DNA of 64,000 nt from Chloroflexota bacterium (GCA_003648195.1 QMOK01000001.1:13189-77188); one strand, 5' to 3'; shown: positions 10,579 to 24,797, numbered from the stretch's first letter. Numbers and translations are program-made. The notes: generated by a model not told the origin, from the letters alone.

Positions 10579-10682
10579 GGCTCATATATAAATATCGTGC
10601 AAAGCGACATGAATGTCGTACTACGAAAACGTAACGCGATATTTATATCGCCTTTCCCCGCACGCTTTCAACAGATGAACCA
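10579..10682. repeat. Dispersed ~104-bp repeat A, copy 1
   Basis: Aligns without gaps to 41784-41886 at roughly 88% identity. Contains the palindromes CGACATGAATGTCG and GCGATATTTATATCGC. Confidence 0.8.
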
Positions 10683-11184
10683 CACTTTTATACTTGGCAC
10701 GGGCACAAAATTTCATTACCCGGAATCAAAAGACTCTCAAACGAACGCGTATGACGCCGATGCAACAGATTTCACACGGATTTTTTGTCTTTAATCTGCG
10801 AAAATCCGCTCAATCCGCGTCCAAATTAAAACTGTCGGGTGGCTAGGAGATTTTCTCTTTCTGGGATGTTTTGTGGAGGGAAGCGCAGCAAGTGGCTGGG
10901 GGATTGGATATGCCATACTCTGGCGAAGCCCATCCCCCAAGGTTTTCTCGGTTTACACGTTGCACCGCGCTTGGAGGTTGCTCTCGCGCCCTCGCGCGTC
11001 ACTTTCCCTAAAAAACCCGCCATGGCTGAGTAATTGCCCAAATTGAGGGACATTATACATAAAACCCAAAAAACCTCCCTCCCTTTTCAAGAGAGATGCA
11101 TTATAATTGGTTTTTGGGTTAGCGGCTAATTGTATGCGCGCCCTAATTATCAAATATACGTTTAGCTACTATTGGAGTAAATAA

Positions 11185-14100
11185 ATGACTAAAAAAGTTA
11201 AAATGATTGATGGCAACCAAGCTGTTGCGGCTGTTGCTCATAAAATCAATGAGGTAATCGCGATTTATCCGATTACGCCATCATCTCCTATGGGAGAATT
11301 CGCAGACGAATGGTCTGCAAAAGGCCAGCCTAACATTTGGAACACGGTTCCGGATGTAGTGGAAATGCAAGCAGAAGGCGGGGCAGCGGGAGCTGTTCAT
11401 GGCGCGTTGCAAACCGGATCTCTAACAACCACTTTCACCGCTTCTCAGGGGTTGTTGTTAATGATTCCGAGTATGTACAAGATTGCCGGTGAGTTAACCC
11501 CTACCGTATTCCACGTGGCGGCACGCTCTCTCGCGGCTCAGGCCTTGTCTATCTTTGGTGATCATTCAGACGTAATGGCAGTTCGAGCCACTGGGTTTGG
11601 GTTGCTATCTTCTGGCTCTATTCAAGAGGCGCATGACTTTTCTCTAATCTCTCAGGCCGCAAGTCTAGAATCACGGATACCTTTTGTGCATTTCTTCGAG
11701 GGTTTCCGAGTATCCCATGAGATTAATAAAATTGAGATGCTCTCGGAAGACGTGATGAAGGAAATGATTGACGATGAATTAGTACGCGCTCATCGTGCCC
11801 GGGGGTTGAACCCCGATAAGCCAGTTTTGAGAGGAACATCACAAAATCCTGATATTTTCTTCCAGGCACGCGAGAGCGTAAATAAGTATTATGATGCCTG
11901 TCCTGAAATCGTTCAGAAAGCAATGGATAAATTTAGCAAATTGACTGGGCGAGAATATAATTTGTTTGACTATGTTGGCGCTGAAGATGCGGAACGAGTA
12001 ATTATTCTCATGGGAGCTGGTGGAGAAACCGCAGCCGCTACCGCCAAATATCTAATCGAGCGCGGGGAAAAGGTTGGTGTCGTACGGGTACGCTTGTACC
12101 GTCCATTCTCAGCAAAACATTTAATGGAAGCTTTGCCAGCTACAGTGAAAGTCATTGCCGCTTTGGACCGCACCAAAGAACCAGGCGCGCTTGGCGAGCC
12201 TCTCTACAACGATATTGTTACCTCAGTTGTAGAAAGTATGGGTCAGAAATCTGCACCGCTGATAATTGGCGGGCGCTACGGTCTGTCTTCTAAAGAATTC
12301 ACCCCTGGTATGGTCAAGGGTATCTTTGATGAGATGAAGAAAGACGCTCCCAAAAACCACTTTACGGTTGGAATTATAGATGATGTCACCAACACCAGCC
12401 TCGGATGGGATCCAAATTTCTCTATCGAAAGCGAAGATATGATTAGCGGTGTGTTCTTTGGCCTGGGCGCTGACGGCACTGTGGGCGCTAACAAAAACTC
12501 AATCAAGATTATAGGCGAAGAAACAACTAACTTTGCTCAAGGTTATTTTGTCTATGACTCTAAGAAATCTGGCGCCAAAACTATCTCTCATCTTCGTTTT
12601 GGACCAACTCCAATCAATGCTCCTTACTTAATAGGAGAAAACGAAGCTGATTTCCTGGCTTGCCATCAGTTCAACTTCTTAGAACAGGTTGAGATGCTGA
12701 AATATGCTAAACCAAAGTCTATTTTCTTACTAAACAGCATATATGGGCCTGAAAAAGTTTGGGATTATCTCCCACGCAACGTTCAGGAAAGCATTATTAA
12801 GAAAAACCTAGAGTTCTATATAATCAATGCTTACGATGTAGCAAAAGAAACCGGTATGGGTACCCGCATCAATACCATCATGCAAACCTGTTTCTTCGCT
12901 ATTAGCGGCGTGTTGCCTCGCGCCGAAGCGATTGCGGCCATTAAAGAAGCTATTGAAAAAACTTATGGTAAAAAAGGCGCCGAGATTGTTCAGAAAAACT
13001 TTAACGCTGTGGATCAATCCCTTGCCAATCTTCACAAAGTAGAAGTGCCAGAAACAGCCACCAGTAAAATTAGTATGCGACCGGTAGTCCCAGACGCAGC
13101 CCCAGAGTTTGTTAAGAACGTGCTAGGAAAGATAATGGCTGGCTATGGAGATGATTTACCTGTCAGCGCGTTCCCAGACGATGGTACTTACCCAACAGGC
13201 ACCACAAAATGGGAAAAGCGTAATGTCACGCTTGAAATTCCGGCCTGGAATCCCGACACTTGCACCCAGTGCAACAAATGCGCTTTTGTGTGCCCGCACG
13301 CAGCCATTCGCCCCAAAGTTTACGATTCTGCGCTACTTAGCGACGCTCCCGAAACATTTAAATCTGTTGATACGAAAGGGCGTCAGTTCAAAGACATGAA
13401 GTTCACCATCCAGATTGCTCCAGAAGACTGCACCGGGTGTACTTTGTGCGTTGATGCTTGTCCCGTAAGCGACAAAGATAATCCTGCTTTGCAAATGGTT
13501 TCTCAACCTCCTATCCGCAAGCAAGAAGCCAAAAACTGGGACTTTTTCCTTTCTCTACCTGAAGTCGATAGGACCTCACTCAAACTCAGCCGAGTTAAAG
13601 ATTCTCAGTTCTTGCAACCTTTGTTCGAGTTCTCGGGAGCTTGCGCGGGATGCGGCGAAACTCCTTACGTGAAACTGCTTACTCAGCTCTTCGGCGACCG
13701 CACCGTAATTGCTAACGCAACTGGTTGTTCATCAATTTACGGTGGGAATATGCCCACAACTCCTTACACGACCAACAATGCTGGGTACGGGCCAGCGTGG
13801 AATAACTCCCTCTTTGAAGATAACGCTGAATTTGGCATGGGTATGCGTCTAACTGTCGATAAGCAAATTGGGTACGCCAAAGAATTACTTCCACAATTCA
13901 GTGATGTAATTGGTGATGAATTAGTTAACGAGATCCTCAACGCTGATCAATCCACCGAGGCGGGAATAACCGCTCAACGTGAACGAATAGCAAAACTACG
14001 AGAAAAGCTTGCCGATCTGGATACTCCTAAAGCTCTTGATTTGCTCAGTGTAGCAAATAAATTAGTCCGCAAGGCAGTATGGATACTCGGTGGTGACGGC

Positions 14101-14727
14101 TGGGCTTACGACATTGGCTATGGCGGTTTAGACCACGTTTTGGCCTCTGGACGAAATGTCAATGTGTTGGTGTTGGACACGCAAGTATACTCCAATACTG
14201 GTGGGCAATCATCCAAAGCCACACCTCTCGCCGCGACTGCTAAATTTGCGTTTGACGGCAAATCACTGCCCCGCAAAGACATGGGCATGATAGCTATGTC
14301 GTACGGATATATCTATGTAGCACAGGTTGCTATGGGACACAATGACCGCCAAACTTTACAAGCATTCCTCGAAGCAGAAGCCTATGACGGGCCATCCCTA
14401 ATTTTGGCTTATACACCTTGTATAGCACATGGTGCTGATATGGCCAAACAGCTACATCAACAAGATTTAGCGGTCAAATCTGGTCTATGGCCTCTTTACC
14501 GCTACAATCCTGAACGCGCTAAGGAAGGCAAGAATCCGCTCCAATTAGATTCTAAAGCTCCAAGTGTTCCATTCAAAGACTTCGCTTATAATGAGGTTCG
14601 TTTCAATACGCTTCTCAGAAGCAACGAGAAACGCGCTGAGTTACTGATGCGCTCAGCTCAAAAGAGCCTCAACGAACGTTGGAAGCTTTATACTCAAATG
14701 GCCAAAATGGACTACAGCAAAGAATAA
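11185..14727 (+). CDS. nifJ: Pyruvate:ferredoxin (flavodoxin) oxidoreductase, single-polypeptide type
   Basis: 1180 aa. Ferredoxin-domain motifs CTQCNKCAFVCPHAAIRP and CTGCTLCVDACP are present, with GDGWAYDIG in the TPP domain. RBS GGAG lies upstream. Confidence 0.93.
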   Translation: MTKKVKMIDGNQAVAAVAHKINEVIAIYPITPSSPMGEFADEWSAKGQPNIWNTVPDVVEMQAEGGAAGAVHGALQTGSLTTTFTASQGLLLMIPSMYKIAGELTPTVFHVAARSLAAQALSIFGDHSDVMAVRATGFGLLSSGSIQEAHDFSLISQAASLESRIPFVHFFEGFRVSHEINKIEMLSEDVMKEMIDDELVRAHRARGLNPDKPVLRGTSQNPDIFFQARESVNKYYDACPEIVQKAMDKFSKLTGREYNLFDYVGAEDAERVIILMGAGGETAAATAKYLIERGEKVGVVRVRLYRPFSAKHLMEALPATVKVIAALDRTKEPGALGEPLYNDIVTSVVESMGQKSAPLIIGGRYGLSSKEFTPGMVKGIFDEMKKDAPKNHFTVGIIDDVTNTSLGWDPNFSIESEDMISGVFFGLGADGTVGANKNSIKIIGEETTNFAQGYFVYDSKKSGAKTISHLRFGPTPINAPYLIGENEADFLACHQFNFLEQVEMLKYAKPKSIFLLNSIYGPEKVWDYLPRNVQESIIKKNLEFYIINAYDVAKETGMGTRINTIMQTCFFAISGVLPRAEAIAAIKEAIEKTYGKKGAEIVQKNFNAVDQSLANLHKVEVPETATSKISMRPVVPDAAPEFVKNVLGKIMAGYGDDLPVSAFPDDGTYPTGTTKWEKRNVTLEIPAWNPDTCTQCNKCAFVCPHAAIRPKVYDSALLSDAPETFKSVDTKGRQFKDMKFTIQIAPEDCTGCTLCVDACPVSDKDNPALQMVSQPPIRKQEAKNWDFFLSLPEVDRTSLKLSRVKDSQFLQPLFEFSGACAGCGETPYVKLLTQLFGDRTVIANATGCSSIYGGNMPTTPYTTNNAGYGPAWNNSLFEDNAEFGMGMRLTVDKQIGYAKELLPQFSDVIGDELVNEILNADQSTEAGITAQRERIAKLREKLADLDTPKALDLLSVANKLVRKAVWILGGDGWAYDIGYGGLDHVLASGRNVNVLVLDTQVYSNTGGQSSKATPLAATAKFAFDGKSLPRKDMGMIAMSYGYIYVAQVAMGHNDRQTLQAFLEAEAYDGPSLILAYTPCIAHGADMAKQLHQQDLAVKSGLWPLYRYNPERAKEGKNPLQLDSKAPSVPFKDFAYNEVRFNTLLRSNEKRAELLMRSAQKSLNERWKLYTQMAKMDYSKE

Positions 14728-14759
14728 TCGCAATCACTAACCTCGGATAATGCAAAAAA

Positions 14760-14791
14760 GCCCCGTTGTCGAAACAACGGGGCTTTTTTTG
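14760..14791 (+). terminator. Rho-independent terminator after nifJ
   Basis: GCCCCGTTG, loop tcgaaa, CAACGGGGC, then TTTTTTT. An A-run upstream makes it potentially bidirectional. Confidence 0.85.
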
Positions 14792-15062
14792 TTTAATCAT
14801 GGCTCTTTGAAGTTCAAGTTAAGTGCAGTGTGCTCAGCAATCTCTACTCACAGACAAAACTTGCGTACTACCGAACGTAAAACTCACGCCATCCTCAAAC
14901 GGTAATGTCAAAAAGCAAATGGTGTCATCGCGAATAAAACGCACCGGAGTGCGTCATTAGCCGATGGTACCGCGTGCCGTTAGCAACACTTGTGGGGGAA
15001 GAGCAAAGGGGTTGGGTGGAGAGTTAACCATCAGCTAACTTAAGCCACCACTAATTTAAAAC

Positions 15063-15090
15063 AAAAAAACCAAAGCACTAAGCTTTGGTT
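15063..15090 (-). terminator. Rho-independent terminator of the rrn operon
   Basis: Minus strand reads AACCAAAGC, loop ttagt, GCTTTGGTT, then TTTTTTT. Located about 20 nt after the 5S 3' end. Confidence 0.75.
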
Positions 15091-15111
15091 TAGGATTTAA
15101 AAAAGAAATAG

Positions 15112-15230
15112 TCCTTGGCAATGACCAACTCTCCCAGAGGGCTGCCCCTCAAGTACCATCGGCGCTGGCAAGCTTAACTTCTGGGTTCGGGATGTTACCA
15201 GGTGTACCCTTGCCGCTACAATCACCAAGA
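15112..15230 (-). rRNA. rrf: 5S ribosomal RNA
   Basis: The reverse complement contains CCTGGTAACATCCCGAACCCAGAAGTTAAGC and GGTACTTGAGGGG. About 119 nt, with approximate ends. Confidence 0.9.
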
Positions 15231-15311
15231 ACTATATTCACAATTTTAAAAACCAACAAAATAGAACTGAAAAGAATAATAGAATTGAAAAGAACATCGA
15301 GTTCTCCACAC

Positions 15312-18287
<2,976 letters not shown>

Positions 18288-18520
18288 GAGAAATCGATAT
18301 TCTTTACTATTTATTATTCGCAGTTTCTATTCTATTGGTAAAGTTCTGCCCGACAGTTAGTTGCCGGTGGCTTTTCCTCACGTTTGTCAGGAACACCCAG
18401 CGATAGCTAACTTATTCTAAGCAAATCAAAAAAACAGTCCAGCATTCCGCCGGACTAAGACTTCCTTTGAAAATGCATCAGTATTTACTTTCCACACAAA
18501 CCACGTTCTCCCAAAAAAAA

Positions 18521-18593
18521 TGGAGATGAGGGGACTCGAACCCCTGGCCTCCGCCTTGCAAAGGCGGCGCTCTCCCAGCTGAGCTACATCCCC
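18521..18593 (-). tRNA. tRNA-Ala (TGC)
   Basis: Reverse complement GGGGATGTAGCTCAGCTGGGAGAGCGCCGCCTTTGCAAGGCGGAGGCCAGGGGTTCGAGTCCCCTCATCTCCA. The anticodon loop is TTTGCAA. CCA is not encoded. Confidence 0.93.
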
Positions 18594-18608
18594 GTAATTT
18601 CAGGGGAG

Positions 18609-18682
<74 letters not shown>

Positions 18683-18833
18683 ATCAAAAGCCTTAACAAC
18701 TGAAGAGTGATAGAAAGCCACTTGAGATAACCTTGAACACCGTCAAGGATATTTTAGTTATACTTTTAAAATGTAGAGTACAGAGCATCATCTCATGCCA
18801 CAAAGACATTAAGTTTCCGCTCAAATCTCCATA

Positions 18834-20363
<1,530 letters not shown>

Positions 20364-20477
20364 AAACACATCACACCTAAAAAGGTGTGGTATATACTTA
20401 CTGGAATCTCAAGATAGTTGGCTTGTCTATCACTATTCAATTGTCAAGGTTCAAGGCCCTTTCGCAAAGGGAGGAGA

Positions 20478-20506
20478 ATTCTAACACCCCGCCTAATGCC
20501 TGTCAA
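20478..20506 (-). promoter_or_regulatory. rrn promoter P2
   Basis: Minus strand reads TTGACA, a 17-nt spacer (ggcattaggcggggtgt), then TAGAAT. About 115 nt upstream of the 16S 5' end. Confidence 0.65.
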
Positions 20507-20661
20507 GGGCTTTTCGCAGAACACAGGAAAAAACACCGATGTAATCTTTTTCGACATCGGCTTCCCCAAAATAACGTTTCGTCTTGACCTGGTTGTCTGT
20601 CTTCAGTTGTAGTGATTTGCTCTTTAGAAGAACGAAATCATTTTTTGGTATTGCGCACGGC

Positions 20662-20689
20662 ATTATACGTTATATTTCTAAGCTGTCAA
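20662..20689 (-). promoter_or_regulatory. rrn promoter P1
   Basis: Minus strand reads TTGACA, a 16-nt spacer, then TATAAT. An A/T-rich UP-like tttaaatt lies just upstream. Confidence 0.65.
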
Positions 20690-21013
20690 GGGAATTTAAA
20701 AGATTCTTTTAGGGAATTGTATTTATTCAGAAATACAGCTAAATAATTGCCTTATACACCTTTACTACTCCTGGTTCGCTCATTTTCATGGTGGATTTCT
20801 AGAATCCGTGACCAATCTAGTGTAAATCGTGGTTGGTATGTCCAGTAAATGTAAAATCTGCTCTTGGAGTGAGGAAAGTGGCGTCAGATGACGGTAGGTT
20901 TTGTTATCCAAGGTGACAAAGGACAGGTATATATCCTTGAATGCTTGCAAGATGATCTCGGTAGAGGGGCGGTTGGTGGCACGTGTGAAGTTACCAGCAC
21001 CTGTCAATGCTAA

Positions 21014-21042
21014 TTGACGATATTTTCACCCAATAGTATAAT
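21014..21042 (+). promoter_or_regulatory. Sigma70-type promoter of the FMN-riboswitch leader
   Basis: TTGACG, a 17-nt spacer (atattttcacccaatag), then TATAAT. About 20 nt before the aptamer. Confidence 0.65.
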
Positions 21043-21062
21043 TATTCTTGCTAATATATATA

Positions 21063-21219
21063 TACCTTCGGGGCAGGGTGAGTATACAAAGTTTACCATA
21101 CAATTCCCTACCGGCGGTAAGGGGCATCCCCCTGGGACACCCAAAGCCCGCGAGCGTTTGAACAGATGCAGATCCGGTGTAAATCCGGAGCCGACGGTAC
21201 AGTCCGGATAGAAGAAGGT
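21063..21219 (+). promoter_or_regulatory. FMN riboswitch (RFN element) aptamer
   Basis: The conserved RFN blocks occur in order: CTTCGGGGCAGGGTGA, AATTCCCTACCGGCGGTAA, AGCCCGCGAGCG, GATCCGGTGTAAATCCGGAGCCGACGGTACAGTCCGGATAGAAGAAGG. P1 pairs ACCTTC with GAAGGT. About 20 extra nt sit in the loop that is normally GGGTGAAATTCCC. Confidence 0.88.
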
Positions 21220-21267
21220 TCTTTAAGTCGCTACTTTTACATAGAAGTAGTGGCTAAAGTGAGGAGA

Positions 21268-21300
21268 CCCCGAAAGCAATAACCGCTTTCGGGATTTTTA
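21268..21300 (+). terminator. Riboswitch expression-platform terminator 1
   Basis: CCCGAAAGC, loop aataacc, GCTTTCGGG, then ATTTTTATT. Confidence 0.7.
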
Positions 21301-21333
21301 TTACCCATTGTCTACCTCATTTGATGTTACTTT

Positions 21334-21366
21334 GCCCTGATTTCTGTGAATCAGGGCATTTTTTTA
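21334..21366 (+). terminator. Second terminator-like hairpin in the same leader
   Basis: GCCCTGA, loop tttctgtgaa, TCAGGGC, then ATTTTTTTA. Located 30 nt before the first ABC gene. Confidence 0.6.
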
Positions 21367-21397
21367 TCCAGCACCTCCAAGCTAGGAATGTGTTTTC

Positions 21398-22198
21398 ATG
21401 GAACTACTATCAAAAACGAGTAATACTTATATAGCCGCGACAATAGACCGCTCGTGGCGGATTCTTTTAGCAGCTTTCTCTGGCCTGTTGGGGCTACTAG
21501 CTTGGTTTCTGGTTTCCACATATGGGGCCATGCCTTCTTTCATTCTTCCCACGCCCGGACAAGTTTGGGTACGCTTTCTGAAAACCCTCTGGGATGGAAG
21601 TCTTCTTTTACATACAGGCATCACTCTTTTAGAAGTTTTAATGGGGTTAACGTTGGGAGTCAGTGTTGCGATATTGGCAGGATACCTGCTGGCGAAATCT
21701 AATACCATCGAGCGGATTTTATCCCCTTATATTGTTGCCAGTCAATCGATTCCCATTGTAGCCATTGCTCCCCTTTTGATCATTTGGATTGGGCCGGGGA
21801 TGTTGTCCAAAGTATTAATCGGGGCACTGATTGTCTTCTTCCCCGTTCTGATCAACACCATCGTCGGTGTGCGCTCTGTTCCAAATGAATTGTATGAATT
21901 GATGAAATCCCTGCAGGCTACCCGTTGGCAAACCCTCACCATGCTCGAGATCCCAGCCGCTCTCCCCGTCTTTTTGGGCGGATTGCGGATTGGAGCCACC
22001 CTAGCCGTGATTGGAGCCGTGGTAGGCGAGTTTGTCGGCGCCGACCAAGGGCTTGGATTTCTCATCAACGTAGGACGTGGATTATATGATACAGCCCTAG
22101 TTTTTGTAGCCGTCTTTACATTGATATTAATGGCTTTAGTTTTGTATGGCGCGGTAGTTTTGCTAGAGAACAAGTTTTTATCTTGGCAAAAGCACTAA
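21398..22198 (+). CDS. ABC transporter permease, NitT/TauT (ThiX/RibX-like) family
   Basis: 266 aa, 6 TM, with the EAA-loop region MKSLQATRWQTLTMLEIPAALP. It is the first gene after the FMN riboswitch. Confidence 0.8.
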   Translation: MELLSKTSNTYIAATIDRSWRILLAAFSGLLGLLAWFLVSTYGAMPSFILPTPGQVWVRFLKTLWDGSLLLHTGITLLEVLMGLTLGVSVAILAGYLLAKSNTIERILSPYIVASQSIPIVAIAPLLIIWIGPGMLSKVLIGALIVFFPVLINTIVGVRSVPNELYELMKSLQATRWQTLTMLEIPAALPVFLGGLRIGATLAVIGAVVGEFVGADQGLGFLINVGRGLYDTALVFVAVFTLILMALVLYGAVVLLENKFLSWQKH

Positions 22199-22284
22199 AG
22201 GTTATGAATTATGAGTAACGAGTGACAAATGAGATTTATCGTTACGTTTTACTCTTCACATTATATTTTTTTCGGAGGTATTTC

Positions 22285-23256
22285 ATGAAGCATCGTATTT
22301 TCGTATTCCTTGTTTTGCTCACCCTAACGTTAACCGCTTGCGGGGAAGCCCCCTCCTCTGCCGAGCAAACCCACATCCGCCTGCCAATGGCCTATATCCC
22401 TAACGTCCAATTTGCGCCATTTTACGTAGCCTTTGATAAAGGATACTTTGAAGAAGTTGGTATTGACCTTGAATTCGATTACAGCTTTGAGACAGATGGT
22501 GTGGCATTGGTAGGAACAAACGATCTGCAATTTGCAATCGTTTCCGGCGAGCAAGTCCCCATCGCCCGCGCCGAGGGAATACCCATTGTCTACATCATGG
22601 CCTGGTACAAAGACTACCCAGTAGCAATCGTCACCGACAAAACTCAAGGGATTGAATCCCCTCAGGATTTAGCGGGGAAAACAGTTGGCTTACCTGGTTT
22701 ATTTGGCGCTAACTATGTCGGCTTGAGAGCTTTTCTGCAAGTCAACGGACTAGAAGAAAGCGACCTTGTCCTCGACTCCATCGGATTCAACCAAGTAGAG
22801 TTGTTCGCCGCCGGAAAAGAAGACGCCGTTGTGGGCTACATTGCCAACGAGCCTGTCCAACTCCAAGCCAGAGGATACGACCTTAACGTTTTTGCCATCT
22901 CCGATTACGTGGATTTGGTTTCAAACGGCCTCATCACCAACCAAACCACACTCGAGGAAAACCCCGAACTAGTCGAAGCCATGATCCAGGCCACCCTAAG
23001 AGGCATTAAATACACGGTTGAAAACCCAGACGAAGCCTACGAAATCAGCAAAAAATACGTAGAGGGCTTGGCAGACGCGGATGAAGACATCCAAAAAGAA
23101 GTCTTAGCCGCCTCCATCTCTCTCTACCAAACAGACCCCTACGGTTATTCAGTTGCCAACGCTTGGGAAAACATGCAAAACGTTCTACTAAACATGGGCC
23201 TAATGAAAGACCCCATAGACCTAAACACAGCCTACACAAATGAATTCATCAAGTGA
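22285..23256 (+). CDS. NMT1/THI5-like substrate-binding lipoprotein (ThiY/RibY-like)
   Basis: I prefer the start MKHRIFVFLVLLTLTLTAC (lipobox LTAC), with GGAGG 7 nt upstream, over the ORF-track start at 22222. The IPNVQFAPFYVA motif is typical of NMT1-like binding proteins. Confidence 0.8.
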   Translation: MKHRIFVFLVLLTLTLTACGEAPSSAEQTHIRLPMAYIPNVQFAPFYVAFDKGYFEEVGIDLEFDYSFETDGVALVGTNDLQFAIVSGEQVPIARAEGIPIVYIMAWYKDYPVAIVTDKTQGIESPQDLAGKTVGLPGLFGANYVGLRAFLQVNGLEESDLVLDSIGFNQVELFAAGKEDAVVGYIANEPVQLQARGYDLNVFAISDYVDLVSNGLITNQTTLEENPELVEAMIQATLRGIKYTVENPDEAYEISKKYVEGLADADEDIQKEVLAASISLYQTDPYGYSVANAWENMQNVLLNMGLMKDPIDLNTAYTNEFIK

Positions 23257-24007
23257 TAGCCCAATACTAGAAGTTCATAATCTGGGCGTTGCTTTTCTCA
23301 ATGGGCAAGGCCCGCTCCAAGCCCTGGAAGAAATTTCATTCAACATCCAGGCGCGGCAATTTGTCTGCATAGTTGGCCCATCGGGGAGCGGAAAAAGCAC
23401 CCTCCTGCGCATTTTGGGGGGATTGCTCTCTCCTACGAACGGAGAGGTGATATTCAATGGCTCCCCGCTAAAAGGCCCGCGCCAGGGTGTTGGCATGGTC
23501 TTTCAAAACGCCAACCTCATGCCCTGGCGAACGGTGATAGAGAACATAGCCCTTCCCTTAGAGGTGCAGGGCGTCTCGGTTCAGGAAACCCAATCCCTTG
23601 CCAAAGAGCTGGTAACCCTTGTGGGATTGAGCGGCTTTGAAGATTGGTTACCACGTGATTTATCTGGGGGAATGGCCCAGCGCGTGGCTATCGCCCGAGC
23701 CTTAATCCACGACCCCGACCTTTTGCTGCTCGATGAGCCATTTGGCGCTTTGGACGCCCTGACGAGGGAACGCATGGGAAGCGAATTGCTCCGCATTTGG
23801 CGTGTTCACCGCAAAACCGTCATCATGGTCACTCATAATATCTCCGAAGCCGTCTTCCTTGCCGACCGTGTTCTAGCTATCAGCCCCCAGCCGGGGCAGC
23901 TCCGGCTAGATATGGAGGTTAACCTCCCCCGTCCACGTCAAGACATCGATCGTTATTCCGCCGACTTTGTGGCTCTAACTCATAACCTGAGAGACGCGCT
24001 CAGGTAA
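23240..24007 (+). CDS. ABC transporter ATP-binding protein (SsuB/TauB/ThiZ-like)
   Basis: Walker A GPSGSGKST, signature LSGGMAQR, Walker B LLLLDEPF. Overlaps the binding-protein gene by 17 nt. Confidence 0.88.
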   Translation: MNSSSDSPILEVHNLGVAFLNGQGPLQALEEISFNIQARQFVCIVGPSGSGKSTLLRILGGLLSPTNGEVIFNGSPLKGPRQGVGMVFQNANLMPWRTVIENIALPLEVQGVSVQETQSLAKELVTLVGLSGFEDWLPRDLSGGMAQRVAIARALIHDPDLLLLDEPFGALDALTRERMGSELLRIWRVHRKTVIMVTHNISEAVFLADRVLAISPQPGQLRLDMEVNLPRPRQDIDRYSADFVALTHNLRDALR

Positions 24008-24031
24008 TAGGTTTTCTAAAAATCCAAAAAA

Positions 24032-24071
24032 GGTAAGGAAGAGTAGGTTAGTTCCCTTCCTTACCTTTTTT
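24032..24071 (+). terminator. Rho-independent terminator after the ABC operon
   Basis: GGTAAGGAAG, a 14-nt loop, CTTCCTTACC, then TTTTTT. Confidence 0.8.
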
Positions 24072-24251
24072 ATTCTTTACAAGCCTCTCTTCTACAATTC
24101 ATTCCTATATCTCATTTAATAGTGTATAATTTCCTTGAGAGGCCAAATTATTTACACTTTCATTGTCCGTTAGAACTTTAAGTACATTGCCTCTGCAGTA
24201 TGTTCACTAACCGCAAATATTCAAATTTATAGGCATCCCTAAGAGATAAAA

Positions 24252-24797
24252 ATGGAAAAACGGAAAAAAACACTCGGTTTTATAGGCATTTTAGCAGGCT
24301 TGTTCGTCTTTGTAATAGTCTCTTGGATGGCTCTTGAAACAGGCGTGGAAATTTCATCTCACGCTGATTTCTGCGGTGTGTGCCACGCTATGGAACCGAT
24401 GGTCAAATCTTATCACGCCTCAACTCATGGGGGAAACAATCCTCGAGGAATTATGGCCTCCTGTACAGACTGTCATGTTTCCCACGAAAATGTATTTGCC
24501 CATTTTATCGGCAAAGCCCAGTCTGGCACGCACGATGTTTGGATAACGCTTATCAAAGATGAAGCAACGCTCGACTGGCAAGCGAAAAGACTTGAGCATA
24601 ATAACTACGTTTACGATTCAGGGTGCCTCACCTGTCATCGCAATTTAGAGGCCGCTACACAAGATGAAATGAAACACCAAAGCTATTTTGCAGGCACCAC
24701 TGACGCGCAATGCGTAGATTGTCACGAAGAGGTTGGACACGATAATCTCAACAAATATCTACTCGAAAATAAATACAAGTACCATTTTGAGAATTAA
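24252..24797 (+). CDS. NapC/NirT/NrfH-family membrane-anchored tetrahaem cytochrome c
   Basis: 181 aa with an N-terminal TM helix. Four CxxCH motifs are present: CGVCH, CTDCH, CLTCH, CVDCH. Confidence 0.88.
   Translation: MEKRKKTLGFIGILAGLFVFVIVSWMALETGVEISSHADFCGVCHAMEPMVKSYHASTHGGNNPRGIMASCTDCHVSHENVFAHFIGKAQSGTHDVWITLIKDEATLDWQAKRLEHNNYVYDSGCLTCHRNLEAATQDEMKHQSYFAGTTDAQCVDCHEEVGHDNLNKYLLENKYKYHFEN

Noticed and set aside
10826-11153. Three overlapping 64-75-aa ORFs upstream of the PFOR gene, and a 12-bp inverted repeat (11063-11075 / 11109-11120).
   Set aside because: The ORFs have no RBS or recognisable family and overlap each other on both strands. The inverted repeat may be regulatory, but I could not tie it to any known motif, so I am not calling it.
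20786-21211. ORFs 20786-21007 (minus, 73 aa) and 21014-21211 (plus, 65 aa).
   Set aside because: The first starts at a TTG, has no RBS and matches no family I recognise. The second is a translation of the promoter plus the FMN aptamer.
21063-21219. I considered a TPP (THI-box) or cobalamin riboswitch, because the downstream transporter is ThiXYZ-like.
   Set aside because: There is no CTGAGA / ACCTGATCTGGATAATGCCAGCG THI-box and no B12-box. The ordered blocks GGGGCAGGGTGA, AATTCCCTACCGGCGGTAA, AGCCCGCGAGC and GATCCGGTGTAAATCCGGAGCCGACGGTACAGTCCGGAT are those of the FMN (RFN) element.
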